A stretch of DNA of 64,000 nt from Candidatus Latescibacterota bacterium (GTDB taxonomy: Bacteria > Latescibacterota > UBA2968 > GCA-2709665). This document shows positions 1-9,859 of this stretch, in pieces. The stretch covers positions 2,560,001-2,624,000 of the forward strand of contig OZ252100.1 in NCBI GenBank assembly GCA_965248435.1, given 5' to 3'. Position 1 is the first letter of the stretch; the number at the start of each line of letters is the position of its first letter. The position numbers and the translations under genes were made by a program. The notes beneath the pieces were generated by a model. That model worked only from the letters and a program-made list of their open reading frames with translations, searched no databases and had not been told where the DNA came from.

Positions 1-3
1 CTT

Positions 4-1752
4 ATGATGCCGGAACCGGTCCAGGTCGATCCGATCAAGTTTGAAGTCATCCGAAACGCGCTCGTGGAAGCCACGGAGGAGATGGCGATCGCCCTCCGTC
101 GCAGCGCCTATTCCACGAACATCAAGACGCGGGCCGACTTCTCCTGCGCCCTGTTCGACAGCCAGTTGAGGACGATCGCCCAGGCCTTCACCCAGCCCGT
201 ACACCTTGGTTCTTTCGCCGTACACGTGCCCAGGGCGATCCAGGCCTACGGGCCCGAGAATCTAGGGCCCGGAGACGCCATCCTCTCCAACGACCCCTAT
301 CTGGGGGGTGTCCACCTCAACGACATCACCCTCATCTCGCCCGTTTATCACGAGGACCAGCTGTTTGGATACCTGGCCAACCTGGCTCACCACGTAGATG
401 TGGGCGGCGGTGCCCCGGCCAGCATCGGTGCCTTCCGGGAAGTCTTTCAGGAAGGCATCACCATCCCCCCCGTCAAGCTCGTTGAAGCGGGCAGGATGGT
501 TCAGGATGTCTTCGACCTGGTCCTCGCCCAGATTCGTTCCAAACACGAGACCGCCGGAGACTTTCGCGCCCAGATCGCGGCCAACAACACCGGAGCCCGA
601 CGACTGAAGGCCCTGCTGGACCGAATAGGATCTGAGACGGTCGCCTCCTATACGGAGGAGCTGATCGCCTATACGAGACGTCGTGCACAAGCAGAAGTCA
701 GCAAGCTTCCGAAGGGCGTCTTCACGGCGGAAAGCCTTCTGGACAATGACGGCTTCACAGACGAACCCGTGCACCTGGCCGTGAAAGTCGTCATCGACAG
801 CGACGGTGTCTGTTTCGACCTGACAGGGTGTGACCACCAGCGACCCGCCCCGGTGAACGCCACATACTCGCAGACGTTTGCCGCCTGTGCCTACGTGCTC
901 AAGTGCCTGATCGACCCCGATGTGCCCGTGAATGCCGGCTTCTACGACCTCGTGCGCTTAGTCGCGCCGGAGGGCACGGTCGTCAACTGCGAGCCCCCGG
1001 CCCCGGTGGTCGGCGGTTGGGAGACGAACCAGAGGATATCCGAAATGATTCTCAAAGCGCTTTCAACAGCCATTCCCGATGCCGTCCCGGCCGGCACCAA
1101 GGGGATGATGTGCCAGGTGGGGTTCGGTGGCACCGACCCGCGAACCGGCGAGCTCTATGCCTTCTACGAAACGGTCGCAGGCGGTTACGGAGGTCGGGTG
1201 GCCAGCGACGGTCCCGATGCGGTCCAGAGCCACGGGCAGAATACCGAAAATGCCCCGATCGAGGAGATCGAGATCAACTACCCGCTGAGGATCACACGTT
1301 ACGAACTCGTCGAGCAATCCGAAGGCGCCGGAAGGCATCGCGGAGGACTCGGGCTGCGCCGTGACTACCTGTTCACGAACCACGAAGTCTCCTTCACGAT
1401 CCTCGCCGACCGCGACCGCTGGGGTCCCTGGGGCCTCTTCGGCGGCCAGTCCGGAAGCAAGGCCAGCTATCTCCTGAATCCGGACGGCGATGCCGTCGAA
1501 TTGGGATCCAAAGTGACCGTTCAGCTTCGGCCGGGGGATGTCGTGAGCTATCGCACCTGCGGCGGGGGCGGGTATGGCCCGCCCCGGGAACGCCACCCCG
1601 ATCGCGTACTTCGCGACGTGCGAGACGGTAAGGTGAGCCGAGAACGCGCGTTGGAGGTCTACGGCGTAGTGATCGAAGCGGAACGCTGGACGGTAGACGA
1701 ACCAGAAACGGCGCTTCTACGAGAGCAATCCGCAGGACGGACAAACGCTTGA
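4..1752 (+). CDS. Hydantoinase B/5-oxoprolinase family subunit (copy 1)
   Basis: DPIKFEVIRNAL...RSAYSTNIK..ADFS, NDPYLGGVHLND, HHVDVGG, SEGAGRHRGGLG, GGGGYG motifs. Confidence 0.93.
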   Translation: MMPEPVQVDPIKFEVIRNALVEATEEMAIALRRSAYSTNIKTRADFSCALFDSQLRTIAQAFTQPVHLGSFAVHVPRAIQAYGPENLGPGDAILSNDPYLGGVHLNDITLISPVYHEDQLFGYLANLAHHVDVGGGAPASIGAFREVFQEGITIPPVKLVEAGRMVQDVFDLVLAQIRSKHETAGDFRAQIAANNTGARRLKALLDRIGSETVASYTEELIAYTRRRAQAEVSKLPKGVFTAESLLDNDGFTDEPVHLAVKVVIDSDGVCFDLTGCDHQRPAPVNATYSQTFAACAYVLKCLIDPDVPVNAGFYDLVRLVAPEGTVVNCEPPAPVVGGWETNQRISEMILKALSTAIPDAVPAGTKGMMCQVGFGGTDPRTGELYAFYETVAGGYGGRVASDGPDAVQSHGQNTENAPIEEIEINYPLRITRYELVEQSEGAGRHRGGLGLRRDYLFTNHEVSFTILADRDRWGPWGLFGGQSGSKASYLLNPDGDAVELGSKVTVQLRPGDVVSYRTCGGGGYGPPRERHPDRVLRDVRDGKVSRERALEVYGVVIEAERWTVDEPETALLREQSAGRTNA

Positions 1753-1795
1753 TGAAACGGGAAGATTCATATCATGTGGCACCGGCAGACGAGCC

Positions 1796-1930
1796 GCCCG
1801 TGTAACACAATGAAGAACTGATCAAACGGCCGGCTGAGCTGCCCGTGTAACACAATGAAGAACTGATCAAACGGCCGGCTGAGCTGCCCGTGTAACACAA
1901 TGAAGAACTGATCAAACAGCCGGCTGAGTT
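1796..1930. repeat. Tandem repeat, 3 x 45 bp (GCCCGTGTAACACAATGAAGAACTGATCAAACGGCCGGCTGAGCT)
   Basis: Units at 1796, 1841, 1886; third has two substitutions; partial fourth from 1931. Confidence 0.95.
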
Positions 1931-1999
1931 GCCCGTGGCACACGTGATTAGATCCGGTCTTACGATCCACGAACAACGAACAACGATTCACGGGTTTGC

Positions 2000-2026
2000 G
2001 GTACCCGGTACCCGTGTTTTGATTTC
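2000..2026 (+). repeat. Dispersed 27-bp motif GGTACCCGGTACCCGTGTTTTGATTTC (copy 1 of 3)
   Basis: Identical copies at 36987-37013 and 38253-38279. Confidence 0.85.
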
Positions 2027-2116
2027 TCGGGGCGACGCAGGCGTCGCCCCCAAACCGTCAGGTCTCTGTAACCTATCTACCTATCCCGGTACCCGGTCTT
2101 ATAGGAGGTGTAATCG

Positions 2117-4216
2117 ATGGCGGTGAAGCACCGTTTGGGCGTAGACATCGGGGGAACATTTACGGACTCTACGCTCATCAACGAAGAGACCGGAGAGATC
2201 CGCGTCGGCAAAGTCTCTTCCACGCCCGGTGATCCCTCTCTCGGCTTTATGGAGGCCACCCACCGCATCCTGCGTGAAGCAAACGTTGCGCCCGAGGACG
2301 TCAGCTACGTCGTTCACGGCACCACGGTGGCCACGAATTCGATTATCGAGGGCAAGACGGCCCGGACAGGCTTCATCACCACGGACGGCTTCCGCGACAT
2401 GCTTGAGATCGCCCGGCAGATTCGGCCGAAGCTCTACGACTTGCAGTTCGAGAAGCCCCGACCGCTGGTGCCTCGATACCTCTGTATCGGCGTGCCCGAG
2501 CGGCTGGATGCCAAGGGAAACGTGCTCACGCCGCTGGACGAGCAGGCCGTCAAAGCGGCAGCGCATCAGCTCCGCCAGGAAGGCGTGGAATCGATCGCCG
2601 TCTGTCTCCTCCACGCCTATGCGAACCCCGCTCACGAAAAGCGCATCGGTGAAATCCTTCGGGAGGAATTCCCGGAAGCGGTAATCTCCCTTTCTGCGGA
2701 GGTCGCCCCGGAATTCCGTGAATACTTCCGGGCGAGCACCGTGGTCATCAATGCGTGCATACGGCCGGTCGTCGAGCGATACCTCAAGAGCATCGAAGCC
2801 CGGCTGCGCGAAGAAGGGCTGACGGCGGAACTGCTGGTCATGCAGAGCAGCGGGGGCGTCCTGACCTTTTCGGCGGCCAGTGAGAAGCCGGTCTTCATGG
2901 TCGAATCCGGCCCTGCGGCGGGCGTGATCGCAGCCACACACCTGGGGACGACGCTGGGATATCCGGACGTCATCTCATTCGACATGGGAGGGACCACGGC
3001 CAAAGTCGGGCTGGTCCAGGACGGCACGCCGCAGATCACGAAGGACTACGAAGTCGGGGCGACGGCACAGAGCGGTGCGGGGGCCTCACGGAGCGGAGGC
3101 TATCCCATCCGTACCCCGGTGATCGATCTCGTCGAGATCGGGGCGGGCGGAGGGTCCATCGCCTGGGTCGATTCCGGCGGCGTGTTGCGTGTCGGGCCGC
3201 AAAGTGCCGGCGCCGACCCCGGCCCGGCCTGTTATGGCAAGGGAGGCAAGGAGCCGACGATCACCGATGCCAACCTCGTCCTTGGGCGCCTGAACCCCGC
3301 CTATTTCCTGGGGGGTGAAATCGAACTGGATCTGGCGGCAGCGCACGAGGCCATAAAGGAGAAATGCGCCGATCCGCTCGGGCTGGAGCTCGTAGAAACG
3401 GCCCACGGCATCGTGGAAATCGCCAATTCCGCGATGGTGAACGCCGTGCGCCTGGTCTCAGTCCAGCGGGGTTACGACCCGCGGGACTTTGTCCTCGTGG
3501 GCTTCGGCGGTGCCGGGCCGCTGCACGCCAACCGCCTCGCAGCGGAGATGGAGATCACGACCACGCTCCTCCCGATGAGCCCCGGGACCCACTCGGCGAT
3601 GGGGCTGCTGGTGACCGATCTCAAGCACGACTACGCCACGACGCTCATCGAGCGGATCGACCGGCTCGACCTGGCCGCCGTGGAGAAGGCCTTCCAGGAT
3701 ATGGAGCGGCAGGGACGGACCATCCTTGAACAGGAAAACGTGCGCGGGGAGGAGATGCGCTTTCTGCGGCAGGTGGAGATGCGCTACGTGGGGCAAAGCT
3801 ACGAACTCACCGTGCCGCTGCCCGATGGCAGACTCCAACCCGCCGAGGTCGCTTCCGTCCTGGAGCGGTTTCACCAGGAGCACGACCGCGCTTACGGCTA
3901 CAACGCCCCCGATGAGCCGGCCGAATTCGTAAATCTCCGGGTTTCGGCCATCGGAGAAATACTCAAACCCAGGCTGCGCGAATTGGGGAATGGGAAAAGC
4001 GGGCCTTCAGGCCCGAAAGACACGCGTTCCGTCTACTTCGCCGAAAACAGAGGTTTCATCGAAACGCCGATCTACGACCGCTATGCCCTCGGTCACGACG
4101 ACGTCATCCAGGGCCCCGCGGTCATCGAAGAAATCGATTCGACCTCGGTAATACATCCAGGCTACCGGGTTCGGGTCGACAAATTCGGAAACCTGGTCCT
4201 GACGCGGGGTGCCTAG
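2117..4216 (+). CDS. Hydantoinase A/oxoprolinase family ATP-binding subunit
   Basis: GVDIGGTFTD, HGTTVATN, ESGPAAG, DMGGTT, IGAGGGSI, SAGADPGPACY motifs; GGAGG RBS. Confidence 0.95.
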   Translation: MAVKHRLGVDIGGTFTDSTLINEETGEIRVGKVSSTPGDPSLGFMEATHRILREANVAPEDVSYVVHGTTVATNSIIEGKTARTGFITTDGFRDMLEIARQIRPKLYDLQFEKPRPLVPRYLCIGVPERLDAKGNVLTPLDEQAVKAAAHQLRQEGVESIAVCLLHAYANPAHEKRIGEILREEFPEAVISLSAEVAPEFREYFRASTVVINACIRPVVERYLKSIEARLREEGLTAELLVMQSSGGVLTFSAASEKPVFMVESGPAAGVIAATHLGTTLGYPDVISFDMGGTTAKVGLVQDGTPQITKDYEVGATAQSGAGASRSGGYPIRTPVIDLVEIGAGGGSIAWVDSGGVLRVGPQSAGADPGPACYGKGGKEPTITDANLVLGRLNPAYFLGGEIELDLAAAHEAIKEKCADPLGLELVETAHGIVEIANSAMVNAVRLVSVQRGYDPRDFVLVGFGGAGPLHANRLAAEMEITTTLLPMSPGTHSAMGLLVTDLKHDYATTLIERIDRLDLAAVEKAFQDMERQGRTILEQENVRGEEMRFLRQVEMRYVGQSYELTVPLPDGRLQPAEVASVLERFHQEHDRAYGYNAPDEPAEFVNLRVSAIGEILKPRLRELGNGKSGPSGPKDTRSVYFAENRGFIETPIYDRYALGHDDVIQGPAVIEEIDSTSVIHPGYRVRVDKFGNLVLTRGA

Positions 4217-6009
4217 TGTCCAAAGCCAGATCTACAGGTAATTACCCCGACGCCTACCGAAGGATCGAGAGCAAGATTGCGGATGGCCACTGCGTCGTTC
4301 TGGACGGTGGAGTCTCCACCGAACTGGAACGCGTTCTAAAGCAGGACCACCACATCAGCGATAAGGGCCTTTGGGGCACCTGGGCACTCTATCATGCCCC
4401 TTACGCCGTGCTCGAGGTCCATCGTCGCTACGTCGCGGCGGAGTGTGACCTGATCTCGACCAACACCTGGGCGATTATGAGTGCTCCGGAGATGGAAACG
4501 CACAGTATGGTCGAGTACACCGATCTCAGGCACTGGTTGGATATGGCGAGACTCGGCATAGGACTGGCGCGTCAGGCCGTTGAAGAGGAAGGAAAGACGG
4601 GCCAATGCGCGGTGGCGTTCAGCGTCGATGGGGACGTGGATGGGAAGCAGGACCTCGACAGACTCCAGCTGCTCACCAGAGTATTCGAGGAGGACCCGCC
4701 CGATCTGATCGCCATGGAGACGATGACACTGATTCGGGACGGACTGACGCTTCCGGCAGTAGAGATCATGCTCGGGACAGGGCTCCCGGTCTGGCTCAGC
4801 TTCCGACGCTGCCGACACGGCGTTTGTGGCGTCTTCGGCCAGCATTGGGGAGGGCCGGAAGGGGATCTGTTCGGACGGGCGGCCGGCAAGTTCGAAGAGA
4901 TGGGCGTGGGCGCCCTGTCGGTAAACTGTCTGCCCGAAGACCACGTGCCGGGGATGATATCGTGGCTGCGAGACTTCACCGATATGCCCCTGGGGGCCTA
5001 CCCCAACCTGGGGCGCTATCTGGATCCGGGGTGGAAGTTCGACGACAAGATCGGGCCTGAAGAGTACGCGCAGCTTGCCCTCGGGTGGCGCAAGGAGGGG
5101 GCTCAGATCGTGGGCGGATGCTGCGGGGTCACACCAGACCACATGAAGGCAGTGCGTGCGAAGCTTGAGGACACCAAGCCTGGAAGACAGCGGCCCGATT
5201 TCGCCGATCGCCGAGCCTCACGCGCTGTCGATTCCTCAGAGCATCAGCATCGGCCCTCCAGGAGACATAGACCCTGGGTCGATGAAAGAGATCGCGTCCT
5301 GTTTCCCGTTCCCTTTCCAGAAATCGTCTGCGATCCGGAAGTCTTCCGTCCGACCCAGGGTAGTTTCCTCATCTGGAAACATCTGTTTCATTCTGGATTA
5401 GGAAAAGGCAAGCGGTGCCTGGACGTGGGGTGTGGGAGTGGGATTCTGTCCGTTCAGCTGGCCTTGAATGGAGCCGAGCACGTCGATGCATTCGACATCC
5501 AGCGCGAAGCCGTCGCGAACACGATGGCGAATGCGTTTCGCAACGGGGTTTCGGATCAGGTCAGTGGGAAAGTAGTAGACCTTTATACCTACCTTCCGGA
5601 GGCGCGCTACGACCTCATCGTTGCGAGTCTCTACCAGATGCCGGTGGATCCCACGGGTGAGACGAAGAGCCATCGCCCCGCCGATTTCTGGGGCCGAAAC
5701 CTCCTCGACCATCTGATATCCCTCCTGGCGGAATTTCTGGAAGACGACGGTGTGGCCCTTTTCATGCAGATTTCCGTCCTGGGCCAGCTGCGGACCGCGG
5801 AACTCCTGGAAGATGCGGGTCTCGAAGCCAGGGTGGTCGATTTCAACTTTTTTCATTTCAGTCCGGTGTTCTATGAAAACATCGATCAGATTCGGCGAGT
5901 GGAAGAGATCTCCGATGCGTTCCATTTGAATTTCGCCGAAGATGAAGTGATGGTGATCTACTTGCTCGAGGTAAAAAAACGCTCTGGGACGGAGACACAA
6001 AATGCTTAA
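4216..6009 (+). CDS. Homocysteine S-methyltransferase family domain fused to class I SAM-dependent methyltransferase
   Basis: N-half LDGGVSTEL, SVNC, AYPN, VGGCCGVTPDH (Zn-thiol HMT motifs); C-half CLDVGCGSGILS SAM-binding motif. Confidence 0.85.
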   Translation: MSKARSTGNYPDAYRRIESKIADGHCVVLDGGVSTELERVLKQDHHISDKGLWGTWALYHAPYAVLEVHRRYVAAECDLISTNTWAIMSAPEMETHSMVEYTDLRHWLDMARLGIGLARQAVEEEGKTGQCAVAFSVDGDVDGKQDLDRLQLLTRVFEEDPPDLIAMETMTLIRDGLTLPAVEIMLGTGLPVWLSFRRCRHGVCGVFGQHWGGPEGDLFGRAAGKFEEMGVGALSVNCLPEDHVPGMISWLRDFTDMPLGAYPNLGRYLDPGWKFDDKIGPEEYAQLALGWRKEGAQIVGGCCGVTPDHMKAVRAKLEDTKPGRQRPDFADRRASRAVDSSEHQHRPSRRHRPWVDERDRVLFPVPFPEIVCDPEVFRPTQGSFLIWKHLFHSGLGKGKRCLDVGCGSGILSVQLALNGAEHVDAFDIQREAVANTMANAFRNGVSDQVSGKVVDLYTYLPEARYDLIVASLYQMPVDPTGETKSHRPADFWGRNLLDHLISLLAEFLEDDGVALFMQISVLGQLRTAELLEDAGLEARVVDFNFFHFSPVFYENIDQIRRVEEISDAFHLNFAEDEVMVIYLLEVKKRSGTETQNA

Positions 6010-6017
6010 GACAGCGG

Positions 6018-6426
6018 ATGCGCGAGATCCTCGCCGGATTGACCCCGCATAAGGAGGTGGAGCCGGTCGATATCGACGACTATGACCCCGCCCCGGATGA
6101 AAAGACCCGCAAGCGCATCGAGCGTGGTCTCTTGTCAGCGGATGCCCGCGCTGACAGCGGCCGAATACGTCAAGGGCTGGGGCTCGATATACACGATCAC
6201 GGACGATTGGCATCCCCTGGTCGGTCCGGAGCCGGGACTCGAAGGCTATTATGCCTGCTTCGGGGGCAGCGGACACGGGTTCAAGCTCGGGCCGCCGATC
6301 GGCGAGGCCTTGAGCGACGTCATCGCGGGAAAAAAGCCGGACATCGACATCCACGCCCTGCGCCCGAACCGCTTCATCGACGGCGAGATCTTCACCTCCG
6401 CGTGGGGCGGAGGCAACAGGGCGTAG
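6018..6426 (+). pseudogene. Truncated, frameshifted C-terminal fragment of an FAD-dependent oxidoreductase (DAO/sarcosine oxidase beta-like)
   Basis: WGSIYTITDDWHPLVG...GGSGHGFKLGPPIGE; upstream VDIDDYDP segment is in another frame; no N-terminal GxGxxG. Confidence 0.8.
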
Positions 6427-6501
6427 CGAAACTCGATGCGAAGTTGCGATCCTGAGATCGAATGACGCGATCTTGATCTGCAAACTGGAGTCCGAATTGA
6501 T

Positions 6502-8253
6502 ATGACGAGATACGAGATACGAGATACGAGACACGATCCTGTCGATCCCATCAAATTCGAAGTCATCCGCAACGCTCTGCTGGAAGCGACGGAGGAGATG
6601 GCGATCGCGCTCCGCCGTTCCGCCTACTCGACGAACATCAAGACCCGGGCCGATTTTTCCTGTGCGATCTTCGACGGCCGGCTCAGATCCGTCGCCCAGT
6701 CGTTTGCCCAGCCCAATCATCTGGGCTCACTCGTCGTCCTTGCGGCCCGGGCGGTCGAGGTCTATGGTCCCGAAAACCTGGAAGAGGGGGATGCCCTCCT
6801 CATCAACAATCCCTACATGGGTGGCGTGCACCTGAATGACATCGCACTCATCTCTCCCGTCTATGACAAAGGCGAACCCTTCGCCTACGTCGCCAACATG
6901 GCCCACCACATCGACGTCGGCGGCGGAGCCCCGGCGAGTATCGGTGCCTTCCGCGAGGTCTACCAGGAGGGCGTCATCATCCCGCCGGTAAAGCTGGTGA
7001 AAAGAGGACAGATAGATGACGATATCTTTCGGCTCGTCCTCGCGCAGATTCGTTCCAAACGTGAGACGTCCGGTGATTTCCGGGCTCAGGTGGCGGCCAA
7101 CAACACAGGCATACGCCGACTGAACGCCCTGATGGATCGACTGGGAACCGACACCGTCACACGCTACATCGACGAGCTGATCGACTACACGGAACGCCGA
7201 ACAAGGGCCGAGGTCAGCAAACTTCCCAAAGGTGTGTTTACGGCCGACGGATGCGTCGACAACGACGGCTACACAGACAAGCCGGTCCACCTGCAGGTCA
7301 AGATCTTGATCGACGAAGATGGGGTTTTCTTCGATATGTCGGGCTGCGATCCACAGCGCCCGGCGCCTGTGAATTCCACCCACGCGATGACCTTTTCCGC
7401 CTGCGCCTACGTCCTGAAGTGTCTAATGGACCCCGATGTGCCGGTAAATGCGGGGTTCTACAGCCAGGTACGCATGGTGGCACCGGAGGGCACGGTCGTC
7501 AACTGCACGCCGCCCTACCCGGTCGTGGGAGGTTGGGAGACACAGGTTCGTATGACGGACGTCATGTTGAAGGCCCTTGCGGATGCCGTTCCTGACCAGA
7601 TTTGTGCCGGCGGCAAGGCCATGCAGTGTCACGTCGGGTTCGGCGGCAAGGATCCCCGCACGGGCGAATACTACTGCTATCTTGAAACCCTGGCCGGCGG
7701 CTACGGCGCCAGGGCGACGACGGATGGGCCGGACGCCGTTCAGGCCCACGGGCAGAACACCGAGAATGCACCGATCGAGGAAGTCGAAGCCAGCTATCCG
7801 GTCCGCATCATCCGCTACGAGCTCGTGAATGATTCGGAAGGAGCCGGCAGGTCCAGAGGCGGGCTCGGCCTGCGACGCGACTACCTGTTCTTCGACCACG
7901 GGCCCTCCTTTACGGTCCTGGCCGATCGCGATCGGTGGGGGCCGTGGGGGCTCTTCGGCGGACAGCCCGGTCTGAAGGCCAGCTATATCATGAACCCGGA
8001 GGGTGAGACAGAAGTCCTGAGCTCGAAGGTGACGCTGCAGCTCAGTCCGGGAGATGTAATCAGTTACCGGACGTGCGGCGGCGGAGGTTACGGCCCTCCG
8101 GTAGAACGCGACCCGGAAAGGGTACTTCGCGACGTGCGGGATGGAAAAGTCAGTCCGTCACGCGCCCGAGACGTCTACCGCGTCGCGATCGACGCGGTGT
8201 CCTGGAGGGTCGACGAAGCGGAGACGGCAAAGCTGAGAGGTCAAGGGGCGTAA
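6502..8253 (+). CDS. Hydantoinase B/5-oxoprolinase family subunit (copy 2)
   Basis: Colinear paralog of 4..1752 with the same motifs. Confidence 0.93.
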   Translation: MTRYEIRDTRHDPVDPIKFEVIRNALLEATEEMAIALRRSAYSTNIKTRADFSCAIFDGRLRSVAQSFAQPNHLGSLVVLAARAVEVYGPENLEEGDALLINNPYMGGVHLNDIALISPVYDKGEPFAYVANMAHHIDVGGGAPASIGAFREVYQEGVIIPPVKLVKRGQIDDDIFRLVLAQIRSKRETSGDFRAQVAANNTGIRRLNALMDRLGTDTVTRYIDELIDYTERRTRAEVSKLPKGVFTADGCVDNDGYTDKPVHLQVKILIDEDGVFFDMSGCDPQRPAPVNSTHAMTFSACAYVLKCLMDPDVPVNAGFYSQVRMVAPEGTVVNCTPPYPVVGGWETQVRMTDVMLKALADAVPDQICAGGKAMQCHVGFGGKDPRTGEYYCYLETLAGGYGARATTDGPDAVQAHGQNTENAPIEEVEASYPVRIIRYELVNDSEGAGRSRGGLGLRRDYLFFDHGPSFTVLADRDRWGPWGLFGGQPGLKASYIMNPEGETEVLSSKVTLQLSPGDVISYRTCGGGGYGPPVERDPERVLRDVRDGKVSPSRARDVYRVAIDAVSWRVDEAETAKLRGQGA

Positions 8254-8254
8254 G

Positions 8255-8734
8255 ATGTCATTATCACGCGAACAGATGGAAAGGTCTATCTGCGGCTATT
8301 TCGACGGCTGCAACGAGGCAGATGCCGAAAAGATCATGAGCTACATGACGGCGGACGCCGTTCACTATTTTCCGGAGGGCGGCCCTTTTGGCGCGCTGCG
8401 GGGAGCGCGGGCGATCGCCGACTGCTGGGTCACCTGCGTGAAGCAGCTCGGCTCGTGCTGGACCGTCGACCACCTGATTGTTGACCCCGAGGCCGGAGAA
8501 GCTGTGATCGAATGGACCCATTTCAAGCCCAGGGCCGGTCAGATCCTGCGTGGCGACGAGTGGTACCGGTTCAATGATGAGGGACGGATTACCGAGATCA
8601 AGGCCTACTACGCATGCCCGACACACGAAGGCATCGACGTGCATCAGATCGGCGGATATCACTATGCGGAAAAGGGTTACGCTGTGGAGCCGCCGCCCGA
8701 GGTGATCGCTGCACGCCTGCAATTAGGCAGATGA
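8255..8734 (+). CDS. SnoaL-like/NTF2 family protein
   Basis: YFDGCNEADAEKIMSYMTADAVHYFP...AVIEWT..RGDEWYRF..GRITEIKAYY. Confidence 0.85.
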   Translation: MSLSREQMERSICGYFDGCNEADAEKIMSYMTADAVHYFPEGGPFGALRGARAIADCWVTCVKQLGSCWTVDHLIVDPEAGEAVIEWTHFKPRAGQILRGDEWYRFNDEGRITEIKAYYACPTHEGIDVHQIGGYHYAEKGYAVEPPPEVIAARLQLGR

Positions 8735-8876
8735 ATAAAAGTTCATCCGACAGATCAATCTTCTTATATTATGTAATATGCTTTCGCTGGCTACTATTCA
8801 AGTTTCGGAGTTTCCTTCCAGGTGACCTCCTGGTCCAGCGTGCAAAGGACCTCCGAATTTAACCAACAGGACTTCA

Positions 8877-9776
8877 ATGACAACTGTGACCGATTCTATT
8901 GAACCTGAATCACCTGCACGTCCACCCTACGATCTCGCCAAGCTCGCGTTCGTCTGGTCCATTCACACGTTGGCTTTGGCCGCAATCGTGCTCTGGGTTT
9001 TGGGTGCTTTTACTGTTTCGATGGCGACCCTTGGCCTCGCCGCTGTGTGGTTTACGCTCAGTTCTACGTCGATCACAGCTGGCTACCATCGCCTGTTTTC
9101 GCACAAGACTTATAAAGCGACTTGGCCGGTCGAGCTCTTCTACCTCCTCGCCGGCAGCGCCGCGATGCAGGGTTCTGCGCTTCAGTGGTCTGCCCAGCAT
9201 AGGGACCACCATACGTTTACGGATCAACCAAAAGATCCCTACAATATCAAACTGGGATTCTGGTATGCTCACATGGGGTGGGTAGTGAGGAAAACCAGCC
9301 CGGACTATGCGCGCGTCTCCGATCTGGACAAGAGTGCGCTTCTGCGTTTTCAGCACAATCTATTTGTCCCCGTTTCAATGCTTACGTGCTTCGTCCTGCC
9401 CTTAGCAATCGGCGCGTTGTGGCACGAGGGAATCGCCGCACTCATGGTGGCCGGATTCCTGCGGCTCACGATCCAGTGGCATATGACATTCTGCGTCAAC
9501 TCCGTCGCCCACTACTGGGGAAGCCAGAAGTATTCGGTCAAACAGTCAGCCCGAGGAAGCTGGTGGTTCTCGTTCCTGGTGTGGGGAGAAATGGACCACA
9601 ACTTTCACCATCGGTTCCCGAACGACTTTCGTACCGGCGTCCACTGGTGGGATTTCGACCCGGCCAAGTGGTGGATCTTCCTTTGTTCGAAAGTAAAGCT
9701 GGCCTCAAATCTCAGATCCACCCATGCCGCCAAAATACAGGAGGCAGTCGGCGACGTAACGATGGGGCAGGCGTAA
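8877..9776 (+). CDS. Acyl-CoA/acyl-lipid delta-9 type fatty acid desaturase
   Basis: His boxes GYHRLFSH, HRDHH, HNFHH; VNSVAH; transmembrane segments. Confidence 0.93.
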   Translation: MTTVTDSIEPESPARPPYDLAKLAFVWSIHTLALAAIVLWVLGAFTVSMATLGLAAVWFTLSSTSITAGYHRLFSHKTYKATWPVELFYLLAGSAAMQGSALQWSAQHRDHHTFTDQPKDPYNIKLGFWYAHMGWVVRKTSPDYARVSDLDKSALLRFQHNLFVPVSMLTCFVLPLAIGALWHEGIAALMVAGFLRLTIQWHMTFCVNSVAHYWGSQKYSVKQSARGSWWFSFLVWGEMDHNFHHRFPNDFRTGVHWWDFDPAKWWIFLCSKVKLASNLRSTHAAKIQEAVGDVTMGQA

Positions 9777-9805
9777 CCCTTCGAATCGGGTCGAGCATAT
9801 ACAAA

Positions 9806-9836
9806 GAGGGCTTACACGGACAACGTGTAAGCCCTC
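9806..9836. repeat. 13-bp-arm palindrome of the att-associated family
   Basis: GAGGGCTTACACG-gacaa-CGTGTAAGCCCTC followed by a weak tRNA-Pro 3'-like stretch; probably also terminates the convergent genes. Confidence 0.7.
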
Positions 9837-9859
9837 GATCTTGTTTGATCGGCGATGCG

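Noticed and set aside
1796-1930. CRISPR array
   Set aside because: Units are contiguous with no unique spacers, and no cas genes are present
5398-6720. 440-aa minus-strand ORF and similar antisense ORFs (54438-55829, 56045-57223, 61611-62612)
   Set aside because: They overlap well-supported genes on the opposite strand; typical high-GC shadows
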